Shown here: positions 43,778-54,715 of the stretch, one piece after another | How positions within the stretch are numbered: position 1 is the stretch's first letter | How the letters are laid out: each line of letters begins with the position of its first letter | Source: an uncultured delta proteobacterium | Lineage (GTDB): Bacteria; Desulfobacterota; RBG-13-43-22 | Length of the DNA stretch: 64,000 nucleotides | Reading direction: 5' to 3' | NCBI GenBank assembly: GCA_963711835.1 | Contig: CAVQFQ010000011.1 | Location: 12,667 to 76,666 of the forward strand | Translations under genes and position numbers: made by a program | The notes under the pieces: model-generated | Told to the model about the DNA's origin: nothing | The model's input: only the letters and a program-made list of their open reading frames with translations | The model's database searches: none

Positions 43778-44638
43778 ATGAATCAAGAAAAAGAAAACAT
43801 GCCCGCGGCCGGGGATCTTTCCCCCTTTGAAGGCATCCGGCGAAAAAATTCAGCCGGTGTTGAATACTGGTCCAGCCGGGACTTTGCCCTGGTACTGGGT
43901 TATAGTGACTATCGAAACTTTGAGACCGTCCTGGGAAAGGCCCGGTTGGCCTGTTTCAACAGCGGCCACCGCATCGAAGACCATTTCGTTGAGGTCACCG
44001 AAATGGTCCCTATCGGCAGTGGTGCACAGCGGCCCATTAAGACCGTTTTGCTTTCGCGTTACGCTTGTTACCTCATCGTTCAAAACGCAGACCCCTCCAA
44101 AGAAATCGTCGCTCTGGGTCAAAATTATTTTGCCCTTCAAACCCGGAGGCAAGAGCTTTCCGAAAGGACGACCGAGGAAGTTCGGCGCTTGCTTTTACGT
44201 GAAGAAATGAAGCTGCATAATATCCGGCTGGCGGGTACGGCCCGGGTCGCCGGCGTCATCGAGTCCAGGGATTATGCCATCTTTCAGGACCACGGCTATC
44301 GCGGCCTCTATGGCGGGTTGGGGGCTAAAGATATTCACCTTCGCCGAGGCTTAAAGAAAAGCCAGCATATTCTCGATCATATGGGCAGTACGGAACTGGC
44401 CGCCAATCTGTTCAGGACTACTCAGACCGAGGAAAAACTCCGTCGTGACAAGGTCAGGGGTAAAGAAAAGGCTAACCTGACTCATTGGGAAGTCGGCGAG
44501 AAGGTTCGGAAGACCATTCAAGAGCTGGGCGGGACCATGCCTGAAAATCTGCCACCGGCCGAAAACATCAGGAAACTGGGAACGAAAAAAAAGAAGCAAC
44601 CCAAGGCCTTGAAAAATCGCAAGCCCGATGCAAGCTAA
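43778..44638 (+). CDS. dinD: DNA-damage-inducible protein D
   Basis: EYWSSRD, LSRYACYLIVQNADP, YFALQTRRQE, LDHMGSTELAANLFR. Confidence 0.9.
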   Translation: MNQEKENMPAAGDLSPFEGIRRKNSAGVEYWSSRDFALVLGYSDYRNFETVLGKARLACFNSGHRIEDHFVEVTEMVPIGSGAQRPIKTVLLSRYACYLIVQNADPSKEIVALGQNYFALQTRRQELSERTTEEVRRLLLREEMKLHNIRLAGTARVAGVIESRDYAIFQDHGYRGLYGGLGAKDIHLRRGLKKSQHILDHMGSTELAANLFRTTQTEEKLRRDKVRGKEKANLTHWEVGEKVRKTIQELGGTMPENLPPAENIRKLGTKKKKQPKALKNRKPDAS

Positions 44639-44674
44639 CCCGAATCAGGCCAAGAAACCTGTCTGCCTTTGACT

Positions 44675-45608
44675 TTAATTAAGGGTCTCCTCCGGAACGG
44701 AAGCCATTTTCCCCAACCATTCCCGGAGTGGTTCTTCGATAGGCAGGATAGACCGCCAATCCTGTTTTTGGAAAAAACGAAATTCGTCATACCTGCAGGT
44801 CAAAAGTTCGTTCAAGGTTGTGGGACGGTGAGCAGCCGGATAACGGCTGTGAAGGAACCAAGGGTAGTTGACCCGGGAGGAGAACAACTGAATTTCAGAC
44901 CGGCTCATTCCGGCGATTATGGTCGCAGCCAGAATCGCCTGGTGGATGAAGAGGTGGTACAAGAAGTCTTGTTTATAAAAGTCATTCCATTGCGGGTCCC
45001 GATATAATCGCCGAAAGTTGGCGCTCCAGGTGCGCAGTATTTCCTTCTCCGGGCGAACGACCAGCAAGCCCGGCATTGAACTGGGCCCGGATAGGCACCT
45101 CATCCACAACGGTCGTCAAAGGAAAAACGTTTTCGGCGGGTGTTTGGCAACCGCGATAAATTAACTCCCAAAAATGATTGACCGGTTCTTCATAAAGGGA
45201 ACTGATATTTTTCAGCATGACCGGGCAGCCTCCAAGCTGCTTCCCGGCTTTCAGCCGAAACTCGGTGGGTTCGTTGAGGACCAGGGTGTCCGAATCCATC
45301 CAGACCAGCAGGTCGGCTTGACCATGAGCCAGCGATTCTGCGGCGGCGGAGGCGATGACTTTAGCGCCGAACCAAAACTCCAGAGTCTTCTGATCAACAT
45401 CGAAGGGAATGAGTTCCGCGCCCAGGTCGTTTAATTCCTTAAGCACGGGCTCGGAAAGGGTTTCAAGTTTCTGCGGGATCAATGCCCAAACAGGATGGTT
45501 TCTCAAATTGCCGGCCAACCGGCGAATGCTCTGCACCAGCAAAAGCGACTCTGTTTCCGAACCCCGATAGGCGGGCATAAAAGCAAAAATCAAATCCTGT
45601 CGTTTCAT
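44675..45608 (-). CDS. Hypothetical protein, glycosyltransferase-like DxD motif (frameshift near 45070)
   Basis: WMDSDTL, FNAGL, HQAIL, NYP across two ORF-track frames. Confidence 0.55.
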
Positions 45609-45633
45609 TATAGGCCTAAGGAATTAGAGTTTT

Positions 45634-46431
45634 TTATTCTAAATACTCAATCTCTCCGAACAATAAATCATTTTGTCCATGGGAAATAAAAGCCCCGGTG
45701 TATTCTTTGACCTTCAGTTGATTCAAGCCGGCCATAATATGAGCCGATAAAGGGGCTTCTTCCCATTTCGGGGTAAAGAATTTATGAGTACCCTGGGCCA
45801 CCCAGGCGGAATCAAGTTTAGACTGGCTGCGCAGAGTGGTCGGAAGGCTGAGGTCCGGACCTTTCTGGTCGGCATTCGATATATATTTCCAGCAAAACCA
45901 GTTGCCGTTTTTGGATTCGGCATCGATCTGGGCCAGGTTTTCAGCCGGAATCGGATTCAGGTCGGTAACGGTGGCTTCGACCAGGGTCATTCCTTTTTCA
46001 GAGCAGAGGAAACGGCGTCCCTGGTCTTTAGTAATCTGGAGGTCAGGGATATCCGCGTACAATTTCGGAGCGCCGAGATGCTCACGCCCGATCATAATGG
46101 GCAGGAAATCGTTCTCCCAAAGGACCGCTGAAAAGGCGCCGCTGTAGGTCTTTTTCTTGCCGACCCAAACCGCAGAAAAATTCACACCCACGATGTTGTA
46201 GCCGAAACCGGCCAGGAAGCTGACCTCGCGGCAATATTGGGCCCAGACGGTGACGGTGGGGACATCGGGCGGTTCAAAACCGGGAGCCAACATCGAAGCC
46301 AGGACATCTTTATCGGTAATATAGGTGACGTATATCCCGGTCAGGTCTCCATAATGGAGCACCGGGGTGACCGGGGCCGGCCCGAAGTGAGCCGGTTGAA
46401 AGTAGGGTTTGGCTTGAAAATCATAGGCCAT
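45634..46431 (-). CDS. Acetoacetate decarboxylase family protein
   Basis: PAHFGP, GREHLGAPK (conserved Lys); SD GGAAGGAG. Confidence 0.8.
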   Translation of the reverse strand: MAYDFQAKPYFQPAHFGPAPVTPVLHYGDLTGIYVTYITDKDVLASMLAPGFEPPDVPTVTVWAQYCREVSFLAGFGYNIVGVNFSAVWVGKKKTYSGAFSAVLWENDFLPIMIGREHLGAPKLYADIPDLQITKDQGRRFLCSEKGMTLVEATVTDLNPIPAENLAQIDAESKNGNWFCWKYISNADQKGPDLSLPTTLRSQSKLDSAWVAQGTHKFFTPKWEEAPLSAHIMAGLNQLKVKEYTGAFISHGQNDLLFGEIEYLE

Positions 46432-46479
46432 TATAATTCTCCTTCCAAATTGAGATGTCTGAACTTCTTTTCTTTCTAA

Positions 46480-46509
46480 AGTATATGAAGATTGACAGGG
46501 GAGTGTCAA
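46480..46509 (-). promoter_or_regulatory. sigma70-like promoter within a TTGACA-N6-TGTCAA palindrome
   Basis: Minus strand TTGACA-18-TATACT upstream of ATG 46431. Confidence 0.5.
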
Positions 46510-46698
46510 AAGAATTTTAAACCATTTAGATATGGGGTATGGTATTGTTGAGCATGACCTGATAATAGGCAACTGAAGCGGCGATAGCCGGTCAAGTCCA
46601 GGCAAAGCCTGAGCCACATTCCGAATATTCACCTGATTTTAGAGCTTTTCAGCCAATAACCCGGGATTAGACAAAAAGAAAATAATCATGGAGGATGA

Positions 46699-47502
46699 AT
46701 GATGCACCCGCTGATCAATGAACAGATGGTCGAGCATATCCGGGTCACCGGCCATGCCCTTGAGGATCAACCGAACCGGGTGGAGATCATGGACTCGCTG
46801 GGCCTTCCTTACGATCGCCCGGCAGAAAATATCGTCATCATGGGTTGCCAGAATCTCAGGCTCATGCCTTCGGTGATCCAAACCTTGGCCCGTATCCTGG
46901 AGCGGGGCGGGATGGATTTCACCTTTCTCTCCCGGGAATACTGCTGCGGCAACTACCTCTACCGCCCGGCCATCCAGGCCAGGGACGAAGAGGCGATGAG
47001 GGAATGCCGTTCTTATTCGAAAGAATTCACCAGCCTGAATATTAAGCAGATGAAAAAACTGGGGGGCCGGAGGCTGATCCTCTTCTGCTCCCCCTGCTAC
47101 CCCATTTACAAACAGGCCTTTCCCGATGAGGACGTTATCTATTATCCCCAGGCCCTTTCCGAAGTGGTCGGCGCACTGCATTGGCCTAAAGAAATCGACT
47201 ATTACGCCGGCTGCTACAAGCTTCACCGGAAATTTGCCGACCTCCCCATGGATCTGAAATCAACCAATTCGGTCTTTAGCCAGATCGAAGGGCTTTCCAT
47301 CAACCGGATCAGCGCCCCCGCCTGCTGCTACAAACCGGAGGGCCTGGCCCATATGATCGGTCAGGTCAAAACGGACTGTATGGTCCATATCTGCACGGGA
47401 TGTTATGGCCAGGCGACCCTCAACATGCCCAAGGAAAAGCAGGTCAAGATCCTCATGCTGCCGGAGTTCATCGACATGATCCAGCAAGGAGACATACGGT
47501 GA
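46699..47502 (+). CDS. CCG-domain (Fe-S)-binding protein
   Basis: MGC, EYCCG, CSPC, AGC, CC, CTGC. Confidence 0.7.
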   Translation: MMHPLINEQMVEHIRVTGHALEDQPNRVEIMDSLGLPYDRPAENIVIMGCQNLRLMPSVIQTLARILERGGMDFTFLSREYCCGNYLYRPAIQARDEEAMRECRSYSKEFTSLNIKQMKKLGGRRLILFCSPCYPIYKQAFPDEDVIYYPQALSEVVGALHWPKEIDYYAGCYKLHRKFADLPMDLKSTNSVFSQIEGLSINRISAPACCYKPEGLAHMIGQVKTDCMVHICTGCYGQATLNMPKEKQVKILMLPEFIDMIQQGDIR

Positions 47503-47564
47503 GAACTGCAGCCGAAGCACCAAAATATAAAGAAACCAAGAAATCCTAAAGGAGAACGGACGTT

Positions 47565-48653
47565 ATGACTTATCCCAAACTGAGTGCTCCCCTGACCATT
47601 AAAAAAACCACATTTAAAAACAGGGTTGTTTTCCCGCCGGTTCAAACCAACTACGCGGCCTCTGACGGGAAGACAACCCAGCGGCATATCAATTTTTACC
47701 AAAATATTGCCAGAAATCATGTGGGCCTGACGATCGTGGGCGCGACAGGAATAAACCCATATTCAAGACTTGGAGATCATGCCTTCTGCCTATATGATGA
47801 GCAGCAGACTGAGTCGGGAAAAACACTTTTTAAGGCCATCAGGAATGCCGGTTCGATCCCGGCAGTCCAGATCAATCATGGCGGTCGGGTGATGAATCCG
47901 AAGCTGGCCGGGGATAAGCTTATTGGACCATCGGCGATCGCTTCACCGGCAACCAAAAGAATTCCCCATGAACTAACGGTTGAAGAGATACAGGAAATCA
48001 TACAGCAGTTCGTTCGAACAGCAGGGAATGCCAAGAAGGCAGGCGCCTCAATGGTGGAATTGCATGGCGCTCATAGTTTCCTCCTGAATCAATTCCTGTC
48101 TCCGGCCGCCAATAAAAGAACCGATCACTACGGGGGCAGCACAGAGAACAGGGCTCGTATTGTAAGGGAAATTCTCAAACAGATACGTGAAAAAGTAGGC
48201 GAAGAGTATATCCTGGGCCTCCGCCTGAGTGTGGTTGAGTTTGTGGACGGCGGTTTGACCTTAGAAGAAAGCTGCGACCTGATCAAGATGTTTATTGATG
48301 ACGGTCTTGATATTATACATGTGTCTGCCGGCGGAATCGATTCCGGTCCCAAAATGATTGAGGCAGCGGCCAGTGGTGAACTTATACGGCTGGCCGGTGA
48401 AGTAAAAGAAACAGTCAACATCCCGGTCATAGCCGTAGGGGGGGTGCTCAACCTTGATCAGGCCGAAAAGGCCCTTGAACAGGGGCTGGCTGACATGGTT
48501 GCCATTGGTCGTGGTCTGATCGCCGACCCCGAGCTTGTTACTAAGACGCTTGAGAACAGGCTTGAGGAGATCGTTGAATGCCAGCTCTGCCTGCAGTGTT
48601 TCATGCCGACTGAAGTTCCAGGCATGACCTGTACGGTGAATGAAAATATTTAA
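47565..48653 (+). CDS. NADH:flavin oxidoreductase (old yellow enzyme family)
   Basis: QINHGGR, ELHGAHSFLLNQFLSP, NKRTDHYGG, GRGLIADP, CxxCxxC. Confidence 0.9.
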   Translation: MTYPKLSAPLTIKKTTFKNRVVFPPVQTNYAASDGKTTQRHINFYQNIARNHVGLTIVGATGINPYSRLGDHAFCLYDEQQTESGKTLFKAIRNAGSIPAVQINHGGRVMNPKLAGDKLIGPSAIASPATKRIPHELTVEEIQEIIQQFVRTAGNAKKAGASMVELHGAHSFLLNQFLSPAANKRTDHYGGSTENRARIVREILKQIREKVGEEYILGLRLSVVEFVDGGLTLEESCDLIKMFIDDGLDIIHVSAGGIDSGPKMIEAAASGELIRLAGEVKETVNIPVIAVGGVLNLDQAEKALEQGLADMVAIGRGLIADPELVTKTLENRLEEIVECQLCLQCFMPTEVPGMTCTVNENI

Positions 48654-48935
48654 TGTTCATAAATTAGCCTGCCTTTTGCCTGAATGAAAAAGAGAGATAA
48701 CGAGGATAGACTTCTTTCAAGCCCGTCGTCCCTAACGACTAAATAATGAGGAGGTTCTACCAAATCTCAAGTTCTGGAGATTTTTGGAAGCAAGTACCAA
48801 TCATCCGGGAAACCGTTTTTCTGGCCTCGGAGGAGAGCCCGGCCTCCCGGGAGTTGTCAGGTCCGGGCAATTATGGTAAAAAAAACAGGTACCTGATCAG
48901 AATTCAGGCAAAAACAATAAAAGGAGAAAGACGAT

Positions 48936-49694
48936 ATGAAATTCATCGATTTGTCGGCTTTGATAGAGCCCAGTCCGGAAGAAGTGCCGGAGTTTTTACG
49001 AACGGATATTGAGTATCAGTCCCATGCCGCGGGTGCGGCCGGAATTCAGGGCATGTTTAATGTTCCCCCCGATCTGCTTTTTCATGGGGAAGGTTGGGCC
49101 GTGGAAAGGATAACCAATCTGGGGACCCATAGCACCACCCACATTGATGCCCCCTGGCATTACAACAGTCAGATCCAGGGAAAAAGATCTGAAACCATTG
49201 ATGAGCTTCCTTTGGAATGGTTTTTTAGTGACGGGGTGATCCTGGATATGACCCGCAAGGCCGATGGGGAGGGGATGACCGCCGAGGATGCCCAAAAGGA
49301 GCTTAAGCGTATCCAATATACCTTGAAACCCCTGGACATCGTCATGGTGCGTAGCGGAAGAGATGCCTTTTATGGACAACCCGACTATATGTTCCGGGGC
49401 TGCGGGGTTACCGCCGAGGCCACCCATTGGTTGTTTGATCAAGGGATCCGGGTTATGGGAATCGATGCCTGGGGTTGGGACACTCCCTTGGACCGGCAGG
49501 CCCAGGAGGCCTTGAGCAGCGGAAAACCGAGGGTATTCTGGGCTGCCCATCAGGCTGATTTGCCTTATGCCCAGATCGAACGATTGATGAACCTGGGAGG
49601 ACTCCCCCCCTATGGATTCAAAGTGTCCTGCTTCCCCTTGAAGATCAAGGGGGGCAGTGCCGCCCCGGCCCGGATTGTGGCCATGGTACCGTAG
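48936..49694 (+). CDS. Cyclase family metal hydrolase (kynurenine formamidase-like)
   Basis: HSTTHIDAPWH, GIDAW, E, FPLKI..GSAAPAR. Confidence 0.88.
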   Translation: MKFIDLSALIEPSPEEVPEFLRTDIEYQSHAAGAAGIQGMFNVPPDLLFHGEGWAVERITNLGTHSTTHIDAPWHYNSQIQGKRSETIDELPLEWFFSDGVILDMTRKADGEGMTAEDAQKELKRIQYTLKPLDIVMVRSGRDAFYGQPDYMFRGCGVTAEATHWLFDQGIRVMGIDAWGWDTPLDRQAQEALSSGKPRVFWAAHQADLPYAQIERLMNLGGLPPYGFKVSCFPLKIKGGSAAPARIVAMVP

Positions 49695-49735
49695 TCATCT
49701 GAAGAACTTAATCTTAAAACATCTTCAGACAGAAA

Positions 49736-49881
49736 GGTTGACTTTAACCGAATCCTATGTTTTAAAGTTAACCTAAATCGGCTTCGTAAAAGATGGAAAT
49801 CCAAACCCTGAGAGGATGGTCCATGAAGCAGCTCAACAAAACCCCATTGTTCTGAAAAAGGAAGATGGGGTTTTGTTTTTT
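49736..49881 (+). promoter_or_regulatory. Leader element B: operator-like IR, uORF and terminator
   Basis: IR GGTTGACTTTAA/TTAAAGTTAACC; AGAGG-ATG uORF MKQLNKTPLF*; hairpin AACAAAACCCCAT/ATGGGGTTTTGTT followed by T run. Confidence 0.55.
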
Positions 49882-49940
49882 AGGTTGGAGGATAAAAGGG
49901 AGGAGAAGGATCGGATTCTCGGCCGGGAAAGGAGATTTTG

Positions 49941-50792
49941 ATGAAGAAGACGATCTGCATTCTGCATCCCGGGGGCTGGGATGAATCGAGCTCTTACGCC
50001 ATCGCCTTCGTCGAGGCCCTCAACCGGATCAAAAACCCGGACACGGATTATTTCGTCAAGGCCTGCCCGCCCGGTCCGGGAAAATATCCAGTCGTTGATT
50101 ATTTTATGAATGCGCTGGAGATACCGAAACTTTGTGCCGGGGCCCTGGAGGCCGAAAAAGAGGGAGCGGATGCCATTGTCATCGCCTGCACAGACGATCC
50201 GGGGCTTAGAATTATCAGGACATTAGTGGATATACCCGTTATAGGTGAAGTCGAATCATCCCTGCATCTGGCCTGTATGATGGGTCACAGGTTCGGCCTG
50301 GTCTCCTGGCCAACGCGGGCCTTTATGAACCGAGGAGAAAACCTGATCCGGCTGTATGGATTGGAGGGAAAAGCCGTCGGTCAACCGACTGAACCGGTCC
50401 TGACTCCATCTCCCACAGCGGAAAAGGAGGCGAGAAAAGGGTTTCTGGACCCGGGCGGGTTCTGCCGACAGTATGTCGTTCCCGCTGCCAACAGGCTCAT
50501 CAACAGGGGGGCGGACGTCATAGTCATGCACAGCACCGGCCTCAGCCTTTTGGCTGAGGCCGGTGGTCTTTCGAGAATTGATGAACCGGATGCCCCGAGG
50601 GATACCATAAAGGCAGGGATTCCCGTTCTCAGCGTAGTATCGTCAGCACTGAAAATGGCCGAGATCAGGGTTGATTTGCACAGGATTCTGGGTCTGCCGA
50701 GTGCAAGCCGGTTCGGTATCTATCAGCTGGCCAGAGAAGTGGTCGGAGAGACCAGTTTCAAAACGATGGTGGAGTCATTCGGATCAGGTTGA
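49941..50792 (+). CDS. Asp/Glu/hydantoin racemase family protein
   Basis: GADAIVIACTDDPGL..DIPVIG; second Cys motif reads MHSTG. Confidence 0.78.
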   Translation: MKKTICILHPGGWDESSSYAIAFVEALNRIKNPDTDYFVKACPPGPGKYPVVDYFMNALEIPKLCAGALEAEKEGADAIVIACTDDPGLRIIRTLVDIPVIGEVESSLHLACMMGHRFGLVSWPTRAFMNRGENLIRLYGLEGKAVGQPTEPVLTPSPTAEKEARKGFLDPGGFCRQYVVPAANRLINRGADVIVMHSTGLSLLAEAGGLSRIDEPDAPRDTIKAGIPVLSVVSSALKMAEIRVDLHRILGLPSASRFGIYQLAREVVGETSFKTMVESFGSG

Positions 50793-50928
50793 AATTGTGA
50801 TCGGACCAGACGAGGGGTTGAATTGCTGGAGAATACATTAAAAACGAAGCTGAAAAAAGGTCTAAAACCGGTCTTTGAGCATAGTTAAAATTGTCCCATT
50901 AATTAACGATCTAATTGAGACTTACAAA

Positions 50929-52329
50929 ATGAACGATAACAGGAAGACCCAAGAGCAACTGATCCAAGAGTTGGAATATCTTCGCCGGAGGATTGCTGAA
51001 CTTGAAAAATCAGAAACCGAGAGCAAGCGGGTGGAGGAGGCGCTGCGGGCGAGCGAGGAATTATTCAGGAGCTACTTGGAGTATGCCCCGGATGGCGTCT
51101 ACATGAGCGATTTGGAAGGCAACTTCCTTTACGGCAACCGCAAGTGTGAAGAGATTATCGGTTACCGGCGTGAAGAGCTAATCGGTAAGAACTTTTTGGA
51201 ATTGAACCTCCTGTCTGAAAATAGTCTAAACAAAGCCGCCCAGTTGCTCCAGGCGAGTATCGAGGGCAGGGCCACCGGCCCGGATGAGATTGAACTGACC
51301 AGCAAAGAAGGGCGCCTCATACCCGTTGAGATCAACACCAGCGTGTTTCAACGCATGGGTCAAGGAATCGTCCTCGCTTTCGTTCGCGACATCACCGACC
51401 GCAAACAGGCAGAGGAATTGCTTCAGGAAAGTGAAAAGCGATACCGTGAATTGACCGATTTCCTACCATTATCAATATCAACTTTTGAAGTTGATGCCAC
51501 AGGCAGGATTATCTCCTTTAATCGTACTGCCCGCGAAGTCTTCGGATATAATGAAGAAGATTACAAAGAGGGTATGAACGCACTTCAGTTCTTTGCACCT
51601 GAGGAATGGCAGAGAGTTAAAGAGAATATGGAGAAGGTAATCCAGGGGACATCTACCCCCGGCCAGGAATTTACCTTTATTAGGAAAGATGGCAGAAAGT
51701 TTATCGGACTCATCTATGCCTCGCCTACTATTCATCAGAATAAAACCGTGGGGATAAGAGGGGTCATTATAGACATCACCGAGCGCAAGCGTACCGAGGA
51801 GGCATTGAGGGAAAGTGAAGACAGATACCGTGAGCTCAGTATTGTCGATGATCTTACACAGCTTTACAATTCCCGGCATTTTTATCATCAGCTCAAAATG
51901 GAGATCGATCGGGTGGACCGCTACGGACAGCCCTTGACCTTGTTGCTTCTCGATCTTGACGATTTCAAGACATTCAACGACACCTATGGTCACGTCGAGG
52001 GAGATCGGGTTTTATCAAGGCTCGGCCGAGTCGTAAAAGGTTGTTTGCGCCAGACGGATTCCGCCTATCGTTACGGCGGCGAGGAATTCACCATCCTCCT
52101 GCCCATGACAGTAAGCGCGGACGGCGCTGTTACAGGGGAAAGACTTCGGACGGAATTCAAGAAAGAGATTTTTTCGCCTGCGCCAGCTCAAGACGTTCAT
52201 TTGACATTGAGCATCGGTCTTGCGCAGTACAAGCCGCAGGAGGACATGAAGGTCTTCGTCCACCGGGTTGACCAGCTCATGTACCAGGCGAAAAAAAACG
52301 GGAAAGATAGTGTCTGTTATGAGCCATAG
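50929..52329 (+). CDS. PAS-PAS-GGDEF diguanylate cyclase
   Basis: DITDRK/DITERK PAC ends, DLDDFK..NDTYGH, RQTD I-site, RYGGEEF. Confidence 0.92.
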   Translation: MNDNRKTQEQLIQELEYLRRRIAELEKSETESKRVEEALRASEELFRSYLEYAPDGVYMSDLEGNFLYGNRKCEEIIGYRREELIGKNFLELNLLSENSLNKAAQLLQASIEGRATGPDEIELTSKEGRLIPVEINTSVFQRMGQGIVLAFVRDITDRKQAEELLQESEKRYRELTDFLPLSISTFEVDATGRIISFNRTAREVFGYNEEDYKEGMNALQFFAPEEWQRVKENMEKVIQGTSTPGQEFTFIRKDGRKFIGLIYASPTIHQNKTVGIRGVIIDITERKRTEEALRESEDRYRELSIVDDLTQLYNSRHFYHQLKMEIDRVDRYGQPLTLLLLDLDDFKTFNDTYGHVEGDRVLSRLGRVVKGCLRQTDSAYRYGGEEFTILLPMTVSADGAVTGERLRTEFKKEIFSPAPAQDVHLTLSIGLAQYKPQEDMKVFVHRVDQLMYQAKKNGKDSVCYEP

Positions 52330-52377
52330 TTTCAAGCAAAGTTCAAATGATAATCAGCAATAAGAACTTGAAATTTA

Positions 52378-52516
52378 TTGACTTTTACCAAACAACAAGT
52401 TATATTCTTCTCTTAATGCTTGATTAAGTTTTCTTGATGGCAACCTTTTATGAAGGAACCTCAATGGAAAAATAATAGACCCCATTTCTCAAAAGAGAGA
52501 TGGGGTTTTGTGTTTT
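52378..52516 (+). promoter_or_regulatory. Leader element C: sigma70 promoter, mini-uORF MEK* and terminator
   Basis: TTGACT-17-TATATT; AAGGA..ATG GAA AAA TAA; hairpin AGACCCCATTTCTC/GAGAGATGGGGTTT followed by TGTGTTTT, 30 nt before ATG 52546. Confidence 0.65.
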
Positions 52517-52545
52517 AAGCATCCCATCTAATAACAGGTGACTTT

Positions 52546-54715
52546 ATGAAAGATGATAAGAAGACAAAAAAGCAGCTCGTTCAAGAGCTAACGGAATTGC
52601 GCTCGCAAAATGACGTTCTGAAAAAATCAGAAAGCGCAGAGAAATATCGGAGTCTGGTGGAAAACATCAGAGAGGTCATCTATGAATTGGACAGTCAGGG
52701 TGTTGTCCTTTATATTAGTCCGGCTATCAGGGATATGTTGGGATACGACTCGGCTGAAATGGTCGGGAAGAACTTTATCGAGCTTTCGCATAAAGATGAT
52801 AAGAGTAATCTGGAGGAATGGTTTTCTGAACTCCGCAAAGGTCAAGAATACCCATCTGAGTATAGAGTCATCAACAAATCCGGTGAGTTCAGATGGGCGC
52901 GGACGAAAACCAGACCCATCATGGAAGAGGGCCAGTTTAAGGGCGCCCAGGGAATACTCATAGACGTTACGGAGCAAAAGCGGGCGGAGGAAAAACTCAG
53001 GGAGACTGAGAAAAGGTATCGTGACCTGTATGATTTTTTGCCAATCCCAGTCTATGAGATGGATTTGGAAACCAATATTACTTCTGCTAACCGCGCTATT
53101 TATGAAACTTTTAGAGGTACTGAAGAGGATTTAAAAAAGGGCGTTAAAGGATGGCAGCTACTTTCACCTGAGGAGATTGAAAAATCCAGCAAAAACATTG
53201 AAAGGCTGTTAAAGGGGGAGCCGGTAGAAGGTACTGAATATACTTTAATGAGGTTAGATGGGTCTGTCTTTCCTGCCATTGTAATTTCAAGGGTTATTTA
53301 CAGTGATGGCAAACCTGTGGGGCTCAGAGGTGCTATCGTAGATATTACGGAGCGCAAGCGGGCGGAGAATGCGTTAAGAGCCAGCGAAGAGTGGTTCAGA
53401 AAAATCTTTGAAGAGGCGCATCAGGTGGGTATCGTCATTGCCGCGCCATCATTTGTATTTGAGAAAGCTAACCCCGCATTTTGCCGCATGATGGGATACT
53501 CAGCGGATGAACTCCGTTCCATGACCTTCGCCAATATAACACACCCCGATCATCTCAAGCAGGACATGGAGAATGTAAAGAAAGTAGGACGTGGAGAAAT
53601 ACCTTTTTACCAAACCGAAAAACAATATATCAACAAGAGCGGCAAGGTACTATGGGGTAATCTGATTGTTTCAAGCATCCGCGATGAGCACGGCGCATTA
53701 CAGTATTTTCTTTCTATGGTAATCGACATCACAAAGCAAAAGAGGGCGATGGATTTATTGCTGGAGGCCACCGATAAATACCAAGGACCTCGCCGAGAGT
53801 ATCTCTGATGTATTCTTTGCATTGGACAAAAATCTCAGATACACCTACTGGAACAAGGCGAGTGAAAAACTTACGGGAATTTCAGCGGAAGAGGCTCTCG
53901 CAAAATCTCTTATGGAAATATATCCGGACAATGAGGCACGAAAACAAGTGAAAGATATGTATCTACTGACTATTGAAGAAAAAAAGCCACAGCTGTTGAT
54001 AGTCAATTATCCGGGTGATGAGCTCATTGTTCATGAAATTAGCTCTTATCCGACCATAGAAGGTGTTTCCGTGTTTGTTAAGGACGTCACCGACCGTAAG
54101 AAGGCGGAGAGGCAACTCCAAGATACCCTAGAGAGTCTGAGGAAGGCATTTGGCTCGATCATCCAAGTCTTGGTTTCCGCTGTGGAAACTAAAGATCCCT
54201 ATACCGCCGGTCACCAGACCCGGTCCGCAGACCTTGCCCGGGCCATTGCCACCGAGATGAAAATTCCCAAGGAAAAGATCGAGGGTCTCCGCATGGCCGG
54301 TTCCATCCATGACATTGGAAAACTATCCATACCTGCTGAGATATTGACCAAGCCGACAAAACTGTCTGAACTCGAATTTTCCCTGATTAAAGAACATGCT
54401 CAAAAGGGGTACGAGATTCTCAAGAATGTAGAATCCCCCTGGCCCCTGGCAGAAATAGTCTACCAGCACCATGAGCGGATGGATGGTTCCGGTTATCCGA
54501 GAAATATGAAGGGGGATGACATTATCATGGAGGCCCGCATCCTGGCCGTCGCCGACGTGGTCGAATCCATGTCCTCTCACCGACCTTACCGCTCGGCACG
54601 GGGGATTGAAGCCGCCCTGGAGGAGATTGAAAAAAACAAAAGGATTCTCTATGATCCCGAGGTGGTGGATGCCTGCCTGAGGCTTTTCAGGAAGAAGGGG
54701 TACAGTTTCAATTGA
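52546..54715 (+). CDS. Multi-PAS HD-GYP c-di-GMP phosphodiesterase (frameshifts near 53770-53825)
   Basis: About four PAS domains; DPYTAGH, HDIGK, HHERMDGSGYP, VADV, HRPYR. Confidence 0.88.

Noticed and set aside
46540-46630. Possible c-di-GMP riboswitch (GGCAAAGCC hairpin)
   Set aside because: Lacks the paired GNRA loop/receptor architecture and the consensus of class I or II.
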